Below are positions 61,042 to 64,000 of a stretch of DNA of 64,000 bases, piece by piece. Made by a program: the position numbers and the translations under genes. The stretch comes from Calcarisporiella thermophila CBS 279.70. Its lineage: Eukaryota > Fungi > Calcarisporiellomycota. The stretch spans positions 51,398-115,397 of the forward strand of contig NW_027192200.1 in NCBI RefSeq assembly GCF_041956535.1, given 5' to 3'. The notes under the pieces were generated by a model. That model did not search any database. It saw only the letters and a list, made by a program, of their open reading frames with translations, and was not told the origin of the DNA. The stretch's first letter is position 1. Every line of letters begins with the position of its first letter.

Positions 61042-64000
61042 ATGTCACTTCTAGCGTACATCACATTTAGCCAAGTTTGGCCGCTCATCCAACATGCCAA
61101 GCGACATGCGCTTTCACTAAAAGACTTTCTTCCACTGGATAAAGGGAACTCGGCACACCAACTTTCTACTTTGCTTACTGCTGCTTGGGAAGAAAACCCC
61201 AGTTTGTTCCGAGCCTTGGTGTATGTGATGCGCATGGATGCAATCAAAGCACTACTCTTTGGTCTATTAGTCTCTGCACTCAAGATCCTTCAAATTGCAG
61301 AGCTCTACAATTTCCTAGAGGCTTTGCAGAACAAGAGCGAAGTTCCCGTGGGAGAATTGGTAGGACATGCTTTTGGTGTCATTCTCGCCGTATTGTTGCA
61401 GGCTATTTTCCACCACCAATGCTACTATGTTGGCCTTCGTGCCGGTGTAAGAATGCGTATTGCGCTTACAGGCTTTCTTTACCGCAAGATTGTACTGGCC
61501 AATAAATCGTTTATCAATAGTGGCCAAGTGCTGAATCTCTTCTCCAACGATGTCCAGAGATTCGAGGATGGAGCATCGGTCTTTGTATTTGCGATCATAG
61601 GCCCAGTAGAATCAATTGTGATTTTAGGAATCATCTGGCGTTTCTTGGGGATCATCGCTCTGGCTGGATATGGGTGTCTAGCTCTCCTGATACCGCTGAA
61701 TACAATCTTCGCAAGACGGTTTAGCCGACAGCGGAAAACGGTCGTGACCAAGCGTGATGACCGAGTCGGCCTGCTAGAATCGGTTATTTCTTTTATGGAC
61801 GTGGTGAAAATGTACACCTGGGAGCAACCGTTGATTCAGCGCATTTTGGGATATCGCACAAAAGAGTTGAAATATCTGCGCAAATCGGCCAACCTTAAAG
61901 CCTTCAACGAGTCGCTATTCTTCTCGGCCTCAATTATCATCGGGTACGTTACGTTTGGCGTGTATTTCCTGGTGAGAGAAGAGCCCCCAGCCAGTACCAC
62001 TGTAGTCACCGTACTCGGGTTTCTTAGCATCACTAGATTGAGTATGTACAATATTTTTCCAAAAGCCGTCGAAATGATCACGGAATGCAGCGTTTCACTA
62101 AGTCGTCTCGAGACATTGCTGCATTCGCTTAAAAGTAAACCAAAAACAGATGACCGAGCCGTGAATACTGATTTGCCCTGCGAGGAAAGAGTCTTGCTTT
62201 CAGTTGATCGTTGCGCATTTGCATGGCCTGGCTCTAAAACACCAGTGTTGAAGGATGTCACTCTCACACTAGGGTGGGGAGAGCATCTGCTGGTGGCTGG
62301 CCAAAGTGGGTCCGCAAAATCCTCCCTTCTCCTCGGCCTTTTGGATCAGATAGATATGCCGTCCGGTAGTGTTCACCTCAATGGGAGAGCCAGCTATTCA
62401 TCCCAGGTGGCTTGGCTCTTCAACGGCACAATCCAAGAGAATATCATATTTGGGCTCGAATATGACGAAGAGCGATTTAAGAGGGTCATTAGAGCTTGTG
62501 CTCTCGAAGATGATTTACGCCATTTCCCTGAGCGTGAGCATAAAGTGGTAGAGGAGCGCGGGGCGAATCTTAGCGGCGGTCAACAAGCTCGAATCAACTT
62601 GGCCAGAGCTGTATATGCCGACGCGGATATTTACCTCTTGGATGATCCCCTGAGTGCTGTGGATTCGCGTGTTGCCTGGCACATCATCCAGGAATGTATA
62701 CATGGCTTCTTAAAAGACAAAGTTGTGGTTTTAGTCACGCATCAGCTCCAATATGCGAATGAGTTCGAACGGATAGCGCTGGTCGAAGGTGGCACGGTCA
62801 GCATTCTGCATTACACAGATATTTATCCCGAACTCTCTCCTACCGCCGAGATGATCTATAGGTTATCTAAGACCAAGGATAAAGTGGCAGATCGGACCCA
62901 AGCGGTGCCACAGGAGAAGGAACCAGAAAAGGTGATACGTGTGACTCATGTCGAGGAGAAGCCTGCAGAGAAAGAGAAATCCAATATCGAAACCGCTCAG
63001 CGAAGTGACATTCCTTGGAGTCTTTACTGGGTTTATTTCCGAGCTGGCACACCTGCTCTGGGTGCTGTCTTGTTGCTAATTCTACTAACCGGTGGCCAGA
63101 TTGTCTCTATCATGACTGAGGTTTGGCTTCTCAAGTGGACAGGCGGCAAGTCTTCAACCGATCTCATAGCCTATTCTGTTCTGGCTGCATGCACTTTGTT
63201 AATATCTTCAGCTCGATCCGCTTTCTTCTTTTACGTTGCCTTGTCATCAGCTGCCAACTTATTCAAGGAGATGCTGAGCGCCGTTATCTACTCTCCTGTA
63301 TCTTTCTTCAGGGACAATGAAATCGGGTCGATTCTAAATAGATTGACCAAGGATCAGACCATCGTTGAGGAGATGCTGCCCCTGGTTTTTTTCGACTTTG
63401 TGCAGTGCGCTTACATGATTGCGGCCAACGTATTTTTCGCCTGCTCAAACAATTATTACGCCTTTATCTTTGTGGTACCATTGGCCTGGTTATTTATATA
63501 TTACCGTCGTACCTATCTCGCTGCATCCCGGCAGATCAAGAGACTAGAGGCTCAGAGTCGCGGACCGGTGTATTCACAGCTGAGCTGTAGTTTGCAAGGG
63601 CTATCCACCATCCGTGCAGCTGGTGCTGAACTAGCAATGATTAGAATTTTCGAAGAGAAACAGGATAGATGCACCAACTACACGCTGCATTTCATCCTTT
63701 CCTCTAGGTGGCTAGGATTCCGGCTGGATCTACTTGCTTTTGCTCTATTGACTTTTTGCATCATCCTCGCCTCTGCGATTAACTTGGGTAATTCATCGAT
63801 GATTGGGTTGGCACTAACCTATATCATTCAGCTTATGGATGTCCTCCAATGGTGCACTCGACAAAGTGCTGAAGTGGAAAACATGATGGTTAGCGTGGAG
63901 CGGATCCACGAGTACACCAAATTAGAACCTGAGGGTGCTAATCGAGTTGCAGTCAAGCCACCCGAAGAATGGCCTTCCCAAGGAAATATCGAGTTCAATC
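61042..64000 (+). CDS. ABCC/MRP-family ABC transporter (ABCC4-like short form), intronless here; runs off the right edge; absent from the ORF track
   Basis: Open frame from 60958 to the end: TMD1 (GQVLNLFSNDVQRF, VVKMYTWE), NBD1 GQSGSAKSS, LSGGQQARINLARAVY, LLDDPLSAVD, TMD2 (GSILNRLTKD, ENMMVSVERIHEY), EWPSQGNIEF. True start may lie in an upstream exon. Confidence 0.92.
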   Translation, partial: MSLLAYITFSQVWPLIQHAKRHALSLKDFLPLDKGNSAHQLSTLLTAAWEENPSLFRALVYVMRMDAIKALLFGLLVSALKILQIAELYNFLEALQNKSEVPVGELVGHAFGVILAVLLQAIFHHQCYYVGLRAGVRMRIALTGFLYRKIVLANKSFINSGQVLNLFSNDVQRFEDGASVFVFAIIGPVESIVILGIIWRFLGIIALAGYGCLALLIPLNTIFARRFSRQRKTVVTKRDDRVGLLESVISFMDVVKMYTWEQPLIQRILGYRTKELKYLRKSANLKAFNESLFFSASIIIGYVTFGVYFLVREEPPASTTVVTVLGFLSITRLSMYNIFPKAVEMITECSVSLSRLETLLHSLKSKPKTDDRAVNTDLPCEERVLLSVDRCAFAWPGSKTPVLKDVTLTLGWGEHLLVAGQSGSAKSSLLLGLLDQIDMPSGSVHLNGRASYSSQVAWLFNGTIQENIIFGLEYDEERFKRVIRACALEDDLRHFPEREHKVVEERGANLSGGQQARINLARAVYADADIYLLDDPLSAVDSRVAWHIIQECIHGFLKDKVVVLVTHQLQYANEFERIALVEGGTVSILHYTDIYPELSPTAEMIYRLSKTKDKVADRTQAVPQEKEPEKVIRVTHVEEKPAEKEKSNIETAQRSDIPWSLYWVYFRAGTPALGAVLLLILLTGGQIVSIMTEVWLLKWTGGKSSTDLIAYSVLAACTLLISSARSAFFFYVALSSAANLFKEMLSAVIYSPVSFFRDNEIGSILNRLTKDQTIVEEMLPLVFFDFVQCAYMIAANVFFACSNNYYAFIFVVPLAWLFIYYRRTYLAASRQIKRLEAQSRGPVYSQLSCSLQGLSTIRAAGAELAMIRIFEEKQDRCTNYTLHFILSSRWLGFRLDLLAFALLTFCIILASAINLGNSSMIGLALTYIIQLMDVLQWCTRQSAEVENMMVSVERIHEYTKLEPEGANRVAVKPPEEWPSQGNIEFN

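Overview
Eukaryotic, fungal genomic DNA: short spliceosomal introns with GTRRGT donors, CTAAY branch points and YAG acceptors, plus the fungal LYS2 gene. The gene styles suggest an early-diverging lineage (Zoopagomycota/Mucoromycota-like), which is inference. The window has two parts. (1) About 1-50.4 kb is a gene-dense, mostly intron-containing block: BRR2, RPL3, a secreted DUF3712/LEA_2-like protein, SmE, enolase, a CPY-like carboxypeptidase, a coiled-coil protein, a WRN/EXD2-like exonuclease, a RING-H2 ligase, an MFS transporter, LYS2, alanine aminotransferase, an MIT-domain protein, a 7TM GPCR, a secreted glycine-zipper protein, a Kv-beta-like aldo-keto reductase, ERCC1/RAD10 and G-beta. 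(2) About 51.3-64 kb is an accessory island of intronless genes and debris. Two near-identical copies of a ~1 kb repeat (interiors lost to N gaps) flank a ~5.9 kb cassette. The cassette holds a decayed Sola-like DDE transposase, a divergent pair of secreted genes (a small, nearly Lys-free RR-processed protein and a Lys-N-type M35 metalloprotease with no propeptide), and captured fragments of a Snf2/Sth1 gene and of the neighbouring hydrolase. An ABCC transporter follows. The best candidate for an undescribed system is this repeat-flanked cassette with its protease/partner pair. Also notable are 9-12 nt micro-exons that carry catalytic residues in two enzymes. All gene models and identities were worked out by eye, without database searches.
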